A stretch of 64,000 nt of DNA from contig DATJYL010000112.1 in assembly GCA_035499655.1 (NCBI GenBank), positions 2,250 to 66,249 of the forward strand, read 5' to 3'. Below, one piece after another: positions 25,964 through 36,900 of this stretch (position 1 is its first letter; each line of letters opens with the position of its first letter). The notes beneath the pieces are model-generated. The model was not told the origin of the DNA and ran no database searches. It was given only the letters and a program-made list of their open reading frames with translations. Origin of the DNA: Pirellulales bacterium (GTDB taxonomy: Bacteria > Planctomycetota > Planctomycetia > Pirellulales > JADZDJ01). The translations under genes were made by a program, and so were the position numbers.

Positions 25964-27139
25964 CTATTCGGGATAATCGGCCCGATCGCCGACTTTGACC
26001 GTCAGGTTTACGGTTTGCCCGCCGCGGAAAACGGTAATCGGCACTTCTTTGCCGACTTCGATCAGACTGACCAGGAACATCAGATGGCTGTCGTCTTCGA
26101 CCGGCACGCCGTTGAACTCGACGATTACGTCGTCGCGCTGTAGCTTCGCCGCCTCGGCAGGCGATTTGGCCACCACGCCCGAAAGCCGGGCGCCCTCCGG
26201 CCGCGGCAGGCCAATTTTGATGAACTCGGCGGCCGCGAATTTGTCTTTGTCTTTATCTTTGTCGTAAAACCGCACGCCCAAGTAGGCCCGCGTCACCGTG
26301 CCGTGTTCGATTAACTGTTTGGCCACAATCATGGCCATGTCGATGGGAATGGTAAAACCCACGCCGGCGCTGCTGTTGGTGCTGGAGGCGATGGCCGTGT
26401 TCATGCCGATCACTTCCCCCTTCATATTCACCAGCGGGCCGCCGCTGTTGCCGGGATTGATCGGAGCATCGGTCTGAAAGAAATCTTGGAACTTGAGCAC
26501 GTTGTTGGAGCCTTCGTCCAAATCTAAATCGCGCCGGCCTTTGGCGCTGATGATGCCGAACGTGACGGAGTGACTTAACCCAAACGGACTGCCCACGGCC
26601 AGCACAAAATCGCCCACGTCCATGTCGTCGCTGTTGCCGATGCGTGCCGGCACCAGCCCTGTGCCTTGAATGGTCATCACCGCGATGTCGGTGGGCTGGT
26701 CGGCCCAAATGCGGGTGGGATGCAACTCGCGTCCGTCGGCCAAGCGAATGGTGATGCTGTCACTGCTGGAATCGCGAATAACGTGCCGGTTGGTGAGCAC
26801 GTACAATTTTTCGCCAAATTGCACGATGGTGCCGGAGCCGGCGTCTTCCTCGCGGCGGGCGTAATGATCTTTGTGGACCGAATCGATGTGCACCACCGAC
26901 GGCTTAACCAGGTGCGAAACTTTGCGCAGCACGTTGCCGGCCTGCTGCAAGCGCTCCGATTCGACCGCCAATTCGTCGAATTGTTTAGCCCGCTCTTCGG
27001 CCGTGGGTTGCTTCTCGTCCCATTGCTGCGCAACCACCGGCCGGTTCATCGCCAGCCACGTCAACAAGGCGCCCAAGTAAAAGGCGCCCAGCAAAGCACT
27101 CCGCACACCGCCAGCTAGATACCAGTTCGTTCGGGCCAT
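25964..27139 (-). CDS. DegP/HtrA-like trypsin serine protease with one PDZ domain and an N-terminal membrane anchor
   Basis: GSGTIV, LTNRHV, TDIAV, QTDAPINPGNSGGPL; start trimmed to ATG 27139 because the longer ORF overlaps the dksA-like gene. Confidence 0.92.
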   Translation of the reverse strand: MARTNWYLAGGVRSALLGAFYLGALLTWLAMNRPVVAQQWDEKQPTAEERAKQFDELAVESERLQQAGNVLRKVSHLVKPSVVHIDSVHKDHYARREEDAGSGTIVQFGEKLYVLTNRHVIRDSSSDSITIRLADGRELHPTRIWADQPTDIAVMTIQGTGLVPARIGNSDDMDVGDFVLAVGSPFGLSHSVTFGIISAKGRRDLDLDEGSNNVLKFQDFFQTDAPINPGNSGGPLVNMKGEVIGMNTAIASSTNSSAGVGFTIPIDMAMIVAKQLIEHGTVTRAYLGVRFYDKDKDKDKFAAAEFIKIGLPRPEGARLSGVVAKSPAEAAKLQRDDVIVEFNGVPVEDDSHLMFLVSLIEVGKEVPITVFRGGQTVNLTVKVGDRADYPE

Positions 27140-27452
27140 ACAAAAACTCCGAAGCAAAGTTCCCCTCACATATTCAGTATGACAAATGCCAAGCCGCAGG
27201 TAAAACGACGCCGCCCGAAAAAAACGGCGCCTATCGGAATACTTGCGTAAGACATGCACGTTGCGCAGCAAAATGGGAGGGCGGGGCATCGGCCAAACCG
27301 AAGATAGGCTTCGGTCGGCTGTCGCTCCGCCCTCCCTTTTGAATTTCGGAAATACTGATTTCGAAATCGCGGCATTTCCGGCCGGATGGACCGTTTGCCA
27401 TAGGAAAACGCCGCAAGTCAACCGGGCATCGCCCCGACGGACCAGATGCCGT

Positions 27453-27902
27453 TTACGAAACGTCCAGCTCGATATCGTCCAGCGTCGCTTCCGATTCGCC
27501 GCCGCCGGAATCGGAAAGCCGGCCCCAATCTTGATCATGGCCGCCTGCGGAGCCGTACTTCTCGACTTCTCGCGCGCATTGGATGCAGTAGGTGGCATAC
27601 GGCAATGCGTTCAGCCGGGCCATGGGAATTTTGCAGCCGCAGCCCTCGCACACGCCGTAGTGACCGGTGCGCATCCGTTCCAGAGCATTTTCGACATTTG
27701 CCAGTTCGCGGCTTTCCACTTCCGCCAACTGGGAGCTGATTTCGTCTTGGGCGGAATCCAGCGCCGCATCGACCAAATCGCCGGCCGTTTGGGCCCGTAG
27801 CTCTTTGAGTAAACTCAAGTCGCCGGCCAGCGCTTTGCGCAGGGCGTCCCGCCGCTTGATAAGAATCTGACGCATACTCACCAGTGCATCTTTGCGTGCC
27901 AT
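27453..27902 (-). CDS. DksA/TraR family C4 zinc-finger protein
   Basis: Coiled coil with DLVDAA (DxxDxA), YGVCEGCGCKIPMARLNALPYATYCIQC. Confidence 0.92.
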   Translation of the reverse strand: MARKDALVSMRQILIKRRDALRKALAGDLSLLKELRAQTAGDLVDAALDSAQDEISSQLAEVESRELANVENALERMRTGHYGVCEGCGCKIPMARLNALPYATYCIQCAREVEKYGSAGGHDQDWGRLSDSGGGESEATLDDIELDVS

Positions 27903-28750
27903 GTGGGCAATCCTCATCCCGACAGCCCAGCTGAAGCAGAAAGTTGTTTAGACGGCCACAGTGGGACAACTGGGTTGTGCCGTCGCTAAAAGAGTGACGA
28001 CAACCTGTTATGCATCCCGAACCTTAAAACTGCGAGCGTCCAACCCCCTTCGACAACTTGCTAAACCATCAGATTTCTGAGACCTCGTTTCTCTGTTTTT
28101 GTTCCACGATGCCGTCTAACCCCGGCCGCGGGAGCCTACGGTTAGCAAACCAAATATAGTACGTGAAACCGGCGAAAAGGATCGCCGGACACATCCATTT
28201 TTCTAAAAAACCTGTTTTGCAACCTCATACAACCGGCTGGGATATGGTGTGCGGCTAAATAATAGGCGGCCAGTTTATTCCGCCAAGTGTTGTTCTGGAG
28301 CGATTTCCAGATGCCGAGCACCCATCATATTTCCTCGTCTTGGACACTTAAGTGACGAAATTCACAATCTAATTGTTTCAAAACACAAGCTGAACCGGCC
28401 CGTATGCCGCGATGCTCAAACTTGCCCTGGGCGAACATTGATTTCGGCCATCGTAGTCTGATGAAGTTTTCCGCTCGTAACGATTACGATGACCGATGGC
28501 AGTCGCTATGGGATAATCGGCAAAATCGGCCTGGAGGTGCAGCGATTTCCGTCGAAAAAACGCCCAGCCCTCTGATTCCCGCCCTGTTGCTAGCGGCAAT
28601 AGGCCTGTGAAACCGTAATGGGTTTGGGATTTCATTGCCTGCCAGCGCTTTGACCTCGCCTGCCGAATAACCTACATCTCCAATGAGATTCGTGAGTTAC
28701 GGCTTGCGAATCGTAAGTCATCCCTGGCTGGCCGATTTGCACTTCCTTTT

Positions 28751-31700
28751 TTGGTCTCCACGTCCATGCCCGCTACTGCTTCCGCCGCACCGGTCAGCGC
28801 ATTACTGGGTACTCCTCCGGCGGCGCTGGCGCTGCGCGTTTGCGGGACTGAGCGCGATGGCGAAGTCGTCCGCCTGCTTTCGTCCAAAGTGACTATCGGC
28901 TCATCGCGGCAATGCACGCTGCGTGTGAAAGCACCCGGCATCGCGCCGCTGCACTGCGTCATTTTGCGGGGGGCTAAGCAAACCATTGTTCGCCGTTGGA
29001 CGCTCGATACTCGCTTGAACGAAGGCGCGTTCGACGAATCGCCGCTCCGGCTGCACGATCGTTTAACCGTGGGGCCGATTCAATTTGAAGTTGTCGACGA
29101 CGAAGGTGAGCGTTCCCAAGAGGCGAAGCGCTCCGCGGAAAACGAACAGCTTTTGGGATTGTTGTCGGAATTGCAAACTGATCTGCAATCGCTCAAAGAT
29201 CAACGACAACAGTGGCAGGCCGCTCATGAACAAGAGCAACAACTGCTGGCCCGGCAACAACAACAGGTCGACGAGCAGCGACAACAGGTCGATGAACAAA
29301 GTCGGCAGTCCGTTGCGGAGCAGCAATCGTGGGCGCTGGAACGCGAACGTCTGAACGAGGAGCGAACGAGGCTTGCCCAGCAAGCGGCCGAGTTCGAAAG
29401 CGAACGCGCGGCGATAGAAACCCAGCAGCAGGCTGTGCAGGAACAACGCCTGCAAGAAGAAGCAGCCTGCCGGCAACTGCAAATCACGCTTCACGAGCGC
29501 GAAGCGGCAACCTGCCAAAGCGAAGCGCTGCTAGCTGCGCAACATGCCAAAATACTGGAACATGAAACGCTGCTGAAGGAACGAGAATCGCACCTTCAAC
29601 AAAGGGCGTGTGAGCTGGATGCCCAGGCCGCTGCGTCAGAACTTCGGGCCGCAACTTTGGAAACCCAGGCCAGAGCGTTGGAGGCTCGTACCGCGGAGCT
29701 GGATGCTCAAGCGATTGCCTTTCAAGCTCAATCTTCGGCGCTGGAAGCTCAGGCCGGCGCGCTGGCAGCGCAAACGGACGATCTAACCCGTCGAGAAGCT
29801 GAGCTCCAACAAGCGGCGGCGTTGGCGCAGTCTCCTCTATCGGCCACTTCAGATGTCGATTTGGAGGCTCAGCAAGCCGCTCTGACAGCACTTCGGGAAC
29901 AATTGAATGCCGCGCAGGCCCAGTTCGATGCCGATCGCCAGGCATGGCTTTCGCAACAACAGGGTTGGCAAGCGGAGCGCTCCACTTGGGAAGCACAACA
30001 GCATGCCCGCGAAGCCGAAAAAGCCACTTGGGATGAAGAAAAAGAATCACGGAAAAACCGAAGCGCTGAGTGGGACAGCCAGCATGCCCGCCATGTCAAC
30101 GAGTTGCAAAGTCAGCAGGCAGAGCTGAAACAATTGCAATTGACGGTGGCGCAGGAGCAGACATCTCTTCATCAACAACAGCAGGAATTTAAACTCCTGC
30201 AGAAGCGCTGCGCCGAGCACGAACAGTCGCTTGATCAGCAACAGCAAACGTTGACGCAAAAACTACGCACGCTGGAAGAACAAAGCCAAGCGCTGGACGA
30301 GGAAAGAACTTCGCTGGAACAGCAGCGTCAGGCATTGTGTCAGCGGCAGCAAATCCTCGACCAGCGGCAACAGACTATGGATCAACGTCAACGGGCGTTG
30401 GACGAACAGAAACAAACGGTGGACCAGCGTCAGGTGGCGCTCGATGAGCACCAACTGATGCTCGACGAACGGCGCGACGCGCTGGATCAACGGCAACAAA
30501 CTTTGGAACAAAGGCAGCAGGCCGGCGAGCAACGCCAACGTACACTCGTCGAGCAACAACAAACGTTGGAACAACGTCAAAAGCTGCTGGACGACGAGCA
30601 AAAGGCACTGGACGAGCTTAATGCAACGCTGGAGGAACAACGAAAAGCGTTCGACCAGCAACAGCAGGCCTTCGCGGTCGAGCGCACCGACCTGGAACAG
30701 CAACGGCAATCGCTGGCTGAACAAGCTGCCGAACTGCAGCAACAGCGCAATGCCTTTGACAAGCGGCGGCAATCGCTCGAGTCCGATCGTCGCGCGGGAA
30801 ATGCACAACGGGAAGAAATCGCGTCGGAATTACGAGAACGGGAAGAGCAAGTGCGGCAACTCTCCGCCGAATTGAAACAACTTCAGCAGGATTCTGCTGC
30901 TCGCGCCAACCAACGCGAACCGGATCACACCCAGCAAGAAACGGCATTGACTGAGCGTGCTGCGGCCCTGGAAAGCCAGGTCGCCAATTTGGAAGCCGAG
31001 AACGACCAACTGCGGCAGGAGTGCCGGCAATCACAACAAGCGCTTCACAAGTTGGAAGACGACATGGCGGCCCTGCGCGATCAAAAACCAGTTTCAGCGA
31101 TGGAACGAGAAGAGGAAGCCCCGTCCAGCGAGACCGTTACCCACGACACGAAACCTGCGGAACCGACCGCGTCGCAAGACGATGGCCAGCCAACCTCTGC
31201 TTCCGATGAAGATGCCTTGTTTGCCCGGCTGCGGGCGATGTCGCTTTTGAAGGAAGACCACGTCGAAGAAGACCACGTCGAAGAGGAACAGAACATGCCG
31301 CCGGCTACGCCAGAACCTGAACTTCAACCAGAGGCAACGGAGGCAACTCCTAGCGCTCCGGCCATCCACGAACCCGAGCACGAGCATGACGAATCGGTCG
31401 ACGATTACATGGTCAAGCTGCTGCAACGAATGCGTGGCCTGACGGACGATGCATCCACGCCTGCGGCTCGCCGTCCTGCGACGGACGAAAGCACCAAGCC
31501 TGCATCGTCATCGTCGTTATCGTCAACGGTCTTTCCCTCCGTCACGTCTCGACCGGAAACCACCACACCGCCCACAAAAGCAGGCAAATTCGAGCCGCGC
31601 TCGGCGGCGCCGGAAAAAAGTCGCGATTTGGCGGCGATGCGCGAAATCGCGAATCTTAGTGCCCGCGCCGCCATCGCCACGCACCATCATCGTCGCGGCA

Positions 31701-32020
31701 CGGACCGGGCCTGGACGATTTTGTGGGCGGGAACGTTCAGCTTGGTCGTCGGAATCATCTTGCTGATCGAAGTGCCTGATTTCCGTTCACCCCTGTTTTA
31801 TCTGGGATTAACCGGAGTGGGGGCGGCGATTTGTTGCTTCACGAGATCACATCTGCTCGTGCGAAAACTGCTTTCGACGCAACGGCACAAAGAGCATCAA
31901 TTCGCGGCCATTGCGCACGAGAAAGACCTCGCGGAATCGCACGAGAAATCTGCGCCCGCATTGACTCCGGCCGAGCCGTCGGAAGAATCGACTTCTGTGA
32001 CGCCTGAAAGCACGTCGTAA
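28751..32020 (+). CDS. FHA-like domain / very long Q-E-rich coiled coil / C-terminal two-TM protein
   Basis: N-terminal VTIGSSRQCTL..GIAPLHCVI..LNEGAF; about 650 aa of heptad-rich sequence; low-complexity linker; MAAMREIANLSARAAI then two hydrophobic helices; start uncertain. Confidence 0.8.
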   Translation: MVSTSMPATASAAPVSALLGTPPAALALRVCGTERDGEVVRLLSSKVTIGSSRQCTLRVKAPGIAPLHCVILRGAKQTIVRRWTLDTRLNEGAFDESPLRLHDRLTVGPIQFEVVDDEGERSQEAKRSAENEQLLGLLSELQTDLQSLKDQRQQWQAAHEQEQQLLARQQQQVDEQRQQVDEQSRQSVAEQQSWALERERLNEERTRLAQQAAEFESERAAIETQQQAVQEQRLQEEAACRQLQITLHEREAATCQSEALLAAQHAKILEHETLLKERESHLQQRACELDAQAAASELRAATLETQARALEARTAELDAQAIAFQAQSSALEAQAGALAAQTDDLTRREAELQQAAALAQSPLSATSDVDLEAQQAALTALREQLNAAQAQFDADRQAWLSQQQGWQAERSTWEAQQHAREAEKATWDEEKESRKNRSAEWDSQHARHVNELQSQQAELKQLQLTVAQEQTSLHQQQQEFKLLQKRCAEHEQSLDQQQQTLTQKLRTLEEQSQALDEERTSLEQQRQALCQRQQILDQRQQTMDQRQRALDEQKQTVDQRQVALDEHQLMLDERRDALDQRQQTLEQRQQAGEQRQRTLVEQQQTLEQRQKLLDDEQKALDELNATLEEQRKAFDQQQQAFAVERTDLEQQRQSLAEQAAELQQQRNAFDKRRQSLESDRRAGNAQREEIASELREREEQVRQLSAELKQLQQDSAARANQREPDHTQQETALTERAAALESQVANLEAENDQLRQECRQSQQALHKLEDDMAALRDQKPVSAMEREEEAPSSETVTHDTKPAEPTASQDDGQPTSASDEDALFARLRAMSLLKEDHVEEDHVEEEQNMPPATPEPELQPEATEATPSAPAIHEPEHEHDESVDDYMVKLLQRMRGLTDDASTPAARRPATDESTKPASSSSLSSTVFPSVTSRPETTTPPTKAGKFEPRSAAPEKSRDLAAMREIANLSARAAIATHHHRRGTDRAWTILWAGTFSLVVGIILLIEVPDFRSPLFYLGLTGVGAAICCFTRSHLLVRKLLSTQRHKEHQFAAIAHEKDLAESHEKSAPALTPAEPSEESTSVTPESTS

Positions 32021-32043
32021 CCGCCAACGGCTGAAAAGTACGG

Positions 32044-33063
32044 CTAGCATTTCCCGCGGGCCGCCAGCACGTCGTCGAAATCGCGCAAATGGTAGCCAAT
32101 GCCCGCCACGTCCAGCACGCGGCACAGACTGCGCGTGGCCACGCCCAAGCCGTCGGGCCCGCTAAAGCCGCCAAATTGTCCGCCCCCTTTCAAATGGGGC
32201 TCTAAATCCATAAACACGCCGGGAATGCCCCGCCGCTTCAGCTTTTTTTCCAAGGCCGGAATTTCTTTGCGAAAATCGCGGAGAATGACGCCGTAAGAAC
32301 CGTCGCCCAGTTCGGCGGGCACAAAGTGCTTGAGGCCGTCTTCATCGACGTGCCGCTTGCGCTTAGCGGGCCGGGGCGAACGATAATCTTTGACGTGCAT
32401 CCAGCCGATGCCCGGCTTCATCGCCAAATACTGCTGGAAAACCTCGGCGGGCGTATAACCCTGCGAGACAATGTTGCCGGCGTCAAAAATCAACAGCAGG
32501 GCCGGATGATTCACCTGGCGATAAATTTCCGCCATCAGTTGTCCGCTTTGGCCCACCAAATTCGCTTCGATTTCCAAGCCGTAAGTCAAGTCGGAACGAT
32601 GGCATGCTTCGGCAATTTGCCCCAGTTGTTCCACCGTTTGCGGCAGGAACTTGGCCGGATCGGCCCCGCACGGCGGATAAAACGAAAATCCGCGGATCAG
32701 CTTCGTCTCGAACGCATGGGCCAATTCGCAGGCCCGTTTCACGTCGCCGGCCAGATATTTTTTGAACGGCACGTACTTGTTCTTGGTGCCGTCTTCCTCG
32801 TCGACCAATTTCACTTTGCCCAACGGCGAGCCGATGGAAGTGACATTCAGTCCGTATTCATCCTCCAGGTGGCGCAGCTTGGTGATTTCCGCCCGCGAAA
32901 GCTGCATTACGTTCTTAATGCCATTACCGACGTCGATAAATCGAATGCTGTAGTATTGCAACCCCAAGGCCCCCAGCGCCGCAAACTGTTGAACCGCCGT
33001 CTTTTGGTTCGCTGATTCATCGGCAAAGGCGCTAAGAATGACCTCCGGCGGTTCGTGGGGCAT
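32044..33063 (-). CDS. Sugar phosphate isomerase/epimerase family (xylose isomerase-like TIM barrel)
   Basis: LSAFADE, SIGSPLGK, IRGFSFY, GLEIEANL, IFDAGN, MHVKD, MDLEPHL. Confidence 0.85.
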   Translation of the reverse strand: MPHEPPEVILSAFADESANQKTAVQQFAALGALGLQYYSIRFIDVGNGIKNVMQLSRAEITKLRHLEDEYGLNVTSIGSPLGKVKLVDEEDGTKNKYVPFKKYLAGDVKRACELAHAFETKLIRGFSFYPPCGADPAKFLPQTVEQLGQIAEACHRSDLTYGLEIEANLVGQSGQLMAEIYRQVNHPALLLIFDAGNIVSQGYTPAEVFQQYLAMKPGIGWMHVKDYRSPRPAKRKRHVDEDGLKHFVPAELGDGSYGVILRDFRKEIPALEKKLKRRGIPGVFMDLEPHLKGGGQFGGFSGPDGLGVATRSLCRVLDVAGIGYHLRDFDDVLAARGKC

Positions 33064-33222
33064 GGCGATTGACTTTGCTGTGGTGATGAAATAGTTTCGC
33101 TTGGTGCAGATACAACATCCGCAGGCCAACGAGTGTTGCCATTGTGTGGCCCAGCATAACCTCCCGCAAGTCCCAAGGCAAATTACGCGGTAACTTGCAG
33201 ACCGTACTTTTCCTGCAGCGCC

Positions 33223-33900
33223 ATGCCCGATCTGATCGTCGATAACATTACCAAGCAGTTTCCGACGCGAGCCGAATCGTTATCGGTATTGCGTGGTGTA
33301 TCGCTCCAGTTGTCACGCGGCGAAAACTTGGCGATTTTGGGGCCCAGCGGCTCGGGCAAAAGCACACTGCTCTACATTGTCGGCACGCTCGATCGGCCCA
33401 CTTCCGGCCGCATCGAACTCGTCAGCGCCGATCCGTTCACTCTCGACGAGCCCCAGCTGGCCGATTTCCGCAACCAGCAAATCGGTTTTGTGTTCCAAGA
33501 TCATTACCTGCTGCCGCAGTGCTCGGTGCTGGAAAACGTGTTGTTGCCCACCATCGCGCACCCGGGACACAACGGCGCGCCGCTGGAACGCGCTCGGCTG
33601 CTGATCGAGCGGGTGGGGCTTTCCGAGCGAATCGATCATCGGCCGGCCGAACTCTCCGGCGGCGAACGCCAGCGCGTGGCCGTGGCCCGGGCGCTAATTC
33701 GTAAACCCATTTTGTTGTTGGCCGACGAGCCGACAGGAAATCTCGATCGCACCACCGCCGCCTCGGTCGGCAAGCTGCTGTTGGAACTGCAGCGCGACGA
33801 ACAAACTATGATGATTGTGGTCACGCACAGTCTGGAGTTGGCCGCGCTGTTCGATAAGCGACTGGAATTGAACGAAGGAAACCTAGCCGCAATTGCCTGA
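33223..33900 (+). CDS. ABC transporter ATP-binding protein (LolD/MacB type)
   Basis: GPSGSGKST, GFVFQDHYLL, LSGGERQRVAVARAL, LLADEPTGNLD, VVTH. Confidence 0.95.
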   Translation: MPDLIVDNITKQFPTRAESLSVLRGVSLQLSRGENLAILGPSGSGKSTLLYIVGTLDRPTSGRIELVSADPFTLDEPQLADFRNQQIGFVFQDHYLLPQCSVLENVLLPTIAHPGHNGAPLERARLLIERVGLSERIDHRPAELSGGERQRVAVARALIRKPILLLADEPTGNLDRTTAASVGKLLLELQRDEQTMMIVVTHSLELAALFDKRLELNEGNLAAIA

Positions 33901-33918
33901 ATTATTTCGGCTCATATT

Positions 33919-33951
33919 GCTAAACCGCAAGCGCTACGCCAGCCCGGCGGC
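33919..33951. repeat. REP-like GCTAAACCGCAAGCG...AGCCCGGCGGC between the ABC ATPase and permease genes
   Basis: Matches 6240-6254 (reverse complement) and the agcccggcggc of 44501-44511. Confidence 0.6.
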
Positions 33952-33995
33952 AAAACTATAAAACCCTCCTCCCCACTCGACCACTCACTGCCCTC

Positions 33996-36900
33996 ATGTC
34001 CCCCCTCCGCCTTGCCCTTCGCAGTTTGGCATATCACTGGCGCAGCAATTTCGCCGTGGCGCTGGGAGTGATGGCTGCCACGGCGGTGTTGACGGGTGCG
34101 CTGGTGGTGGGCGATTCGGTGACATTCAGCCTGCGGCAATTGGCGATCGATCGGCTGGGCCGCATCGACGCGGCACTGGTTACGCCCCATTTCTTTCGAG
34201 AAAAACTGGCTGAAGATGTTGCCGCTGATCCGACGTTCCAGCACGATTTCACCGCCGCGCTGCCGGCCATCATGCTGCAAGGCACGCTGGAAAATCCAAC
34301 GGGCGATCATCATCGCCGCGCGGGCAACGTGGCCATTTTGGGCGTGGGGGAACCATTCTGGCAACTGGGAAGCGGCGCCCCGACCAAGCCCCCAGTAAAA
34401 GACGAAATTGTTCTGAATCAGCCGCTGGCCGATCAACTGCGCGTGAAAGCCGGCGACGAAGTTGTTCTGCGATTACAACAAGCGGCCAATGTTCCGGCGG
34501 ACAGTCCGCTGGGCAGGAAGACCGAAACGATTCGCAGCCGCCGCTTCAGTGTCAGCGACGTGATTCCCGCCGAAGGATTGGGCCGCTTCGGCCTGCGCCC
34601 CTCGCAACAATTGCCGCTTGATGCTTACACAGTCATCCAGCCGCTCCAAGAAATGATCGGCGTCGAGGGGCGCGTAAATGCCATCCTTGTCGCCGGCAAT
34701 GATGAGAATGCCGTGCCCGACGCAGCCGCCGAACAAGCGCTGCAAAACTCCTTGCAACCGACGCTGGCCGATTACGGCGTTTCCATTCGCAAAACCGCGC
34801 GTGGGTATTTCAACATCACCACCGATCGCATGTTGCTGGAGCCGGCGATTGAATCGGCCGCGATGCGAACCTTTGGCGCTCTTGGGGCGCAGCCAGCATT
34901 CACGTATCTGGCGAATTACATATTAGCGGACGAGGGTCGCGGCAAAATTCCGTATTCGACCGTGGCGGCGGTCGATTTCAGCAATCAGCCGCCGCTGGGT
35001 CCGCTGGTAAATCGCCAAGGCCAGCCCATTGGCCCGCTGGCCGAAGATGAAATTGTGCTCAACTCCTGGGCTGCCGACGATCTGGCCGCCCAAGGCGCGC
35101 CGGTTAAGCCGGGCGACACGATCGTCATCACGTACTTTGAGCCGGAAAGCACGCACGGCAAAGTGGTCGAATCGCGGCACACCTTTCGCTTGAAAGATAT
35201 TACCCCGCTGGCGGGCGTGGCTGACGACCGTGATTTCACGCCCGAGGTGAAAGGAATCACCGACGAAGCTTCCATCGCCGATTGGAACCCGCCATTTCCG
35301 TACGATCCGCAGCGTGTTCGCAGCACGCCGCCAAACAATCAGGACGATTTGTATTGGCGCGAGCATCGGGCCACACCCAAGGCCTTCATCAGTCTGGAGG
35401 AAGGCCGCCAATTGTGGAGCAGTCGCTTTGGCAACACCACTTCCATTCGCATTCCGTCGGGAGACGGCTTGACCGAGCAAGCCATCGCCGAAAAATTACA
35501 ATCGGCCATTAAACCCGCCGATTTAGGCTTCGATTTCCTGCCGGTCAAGCGGCTAAGTTTGACTGCCGCTGCAGGCACAACTCCATTTGCATTGCTGTTT
35601 TTAGGATTCAGCCTGTTTATCATCGCCGCCGCGCTAATGCTGGTGATGCTGTTGTTCAAGCTTGGAGTCGATGAACGGGCCGCGGAACTGGGCATTGTGT
35701 TGGCCGTCGGACTGAGGCGCCGCTTGGCCCGACGAATGTTGCTGCTGGAAGGCGGATTTGTAGCATTGATCGGGGCTACATTCGGCGCTATGGCCGGCGT
35801 CGGATACGCCTGGCTGATGCTGGTGGGATTGAAAACATGGTGGCTGGGAGCGATTTCCACGCCGTTTTTGCATCTGCATGTTGACGAGCACAGCGTGGTT
35901 CACGGCGGATTTTTCGGCGTGGCGATTTCGCTGGCCACCATCGTTTGGGCGGTGCGGCAAACCCGGCGAGTCAGTGTGCGGAGCTTGCTGGCCGGCCGCG
36001 CCGAAGAAAGCCGTTTATTTGGTCACCGCCCAGCGCGCCGCGCACCGTGGATTGCCGCCGCGCTTTTGGTCGTGGCCATTGCCGCGGGTTTTTCCGCCGC
36101 TTCGCTCACCGGCGAAGAACAGGCCGGCACATTTATAACCGCCGGCGCTTTGGTGCTGGCCGCAATATTAACGTGGCTTTGGGACCGTCTTCGGGCCGTC
36201 CGCACTTCATCGCCCCTGGTGGGCCGCGGAGCTCTGGCGTGGTTGGCCTGGCGCAACGCTTCTCGCAATCCGCTGCGCAGCACGCTGACCATCGGTTTGA
36301 CGGCTGCCGCCTGCTTTCTGATCGTCGCTCTCAGCGCGTTTCAGCTCGAGGCGCCCGTGCATGGACCTGCGTTCGACAGCGGCGACGGGGGTTATGCCTT
36401 CGTGGCCCACAGCGATCAGCCGATTTATCAAAATCTAAACTCGCCCGCAGCTTGGCAAGATTTAGGCTTTAGCTCGCAGGCGGAGAAAACGCTAACCGCC
36501 GCGGAAGCTGCCGGCGTGCGGATTTATTCGCTGCGAGTCGAGGCCGGCGACGACGCCAGTTGCTTGAATCTTTACCGGCCGCGGCAGCCGCGTATATTGG
36601 GCGTGCCGCCGGAATTTATCGGACAAGGGGGTTTCGCTTGGGCGGCGACGGCGGCGAAAACGGATCGAGAGAAAAGCAATTCTTGGCTGTTGTTAATGCG
36701 TCGGCCTAATCCTGAGGCGGGCGATGGAAAAAAATCTGACCCCGCGCCCGGCGACGCCATTCCCGTCGTGCTGGATCAAAATACCGCGCTGTACAGCCTG
36801 CATCTTTACGGCGGCGTGGGAGAGATGTTTGAAATCGATAATCCACGCGGCGGAAAAATTCGCCTGCAAGTGGTGGGGCTGCTGGACGGCAGCATTTTTC

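Noticed and set aside
27140-27598. 153-aa N-terminal extension of the DegP-like ORF
   Set aside because: It overlaps the dksA-like gene in another frame and is not protein-like; ATG 27139 precedes a plausible signal/TM segment. Similar over-long starts were trimmed for the CBS, hpnD, hpnE, queE, thioesterase and DUF5131 ORFs.
30330-30680. 21-bp periodicity in the coiled-coil gene as part of the heptamer DNA family
   Set aside because: Repetition is at the amino-acid heptad level with divergent codons and shows no 7-bp DNA period.
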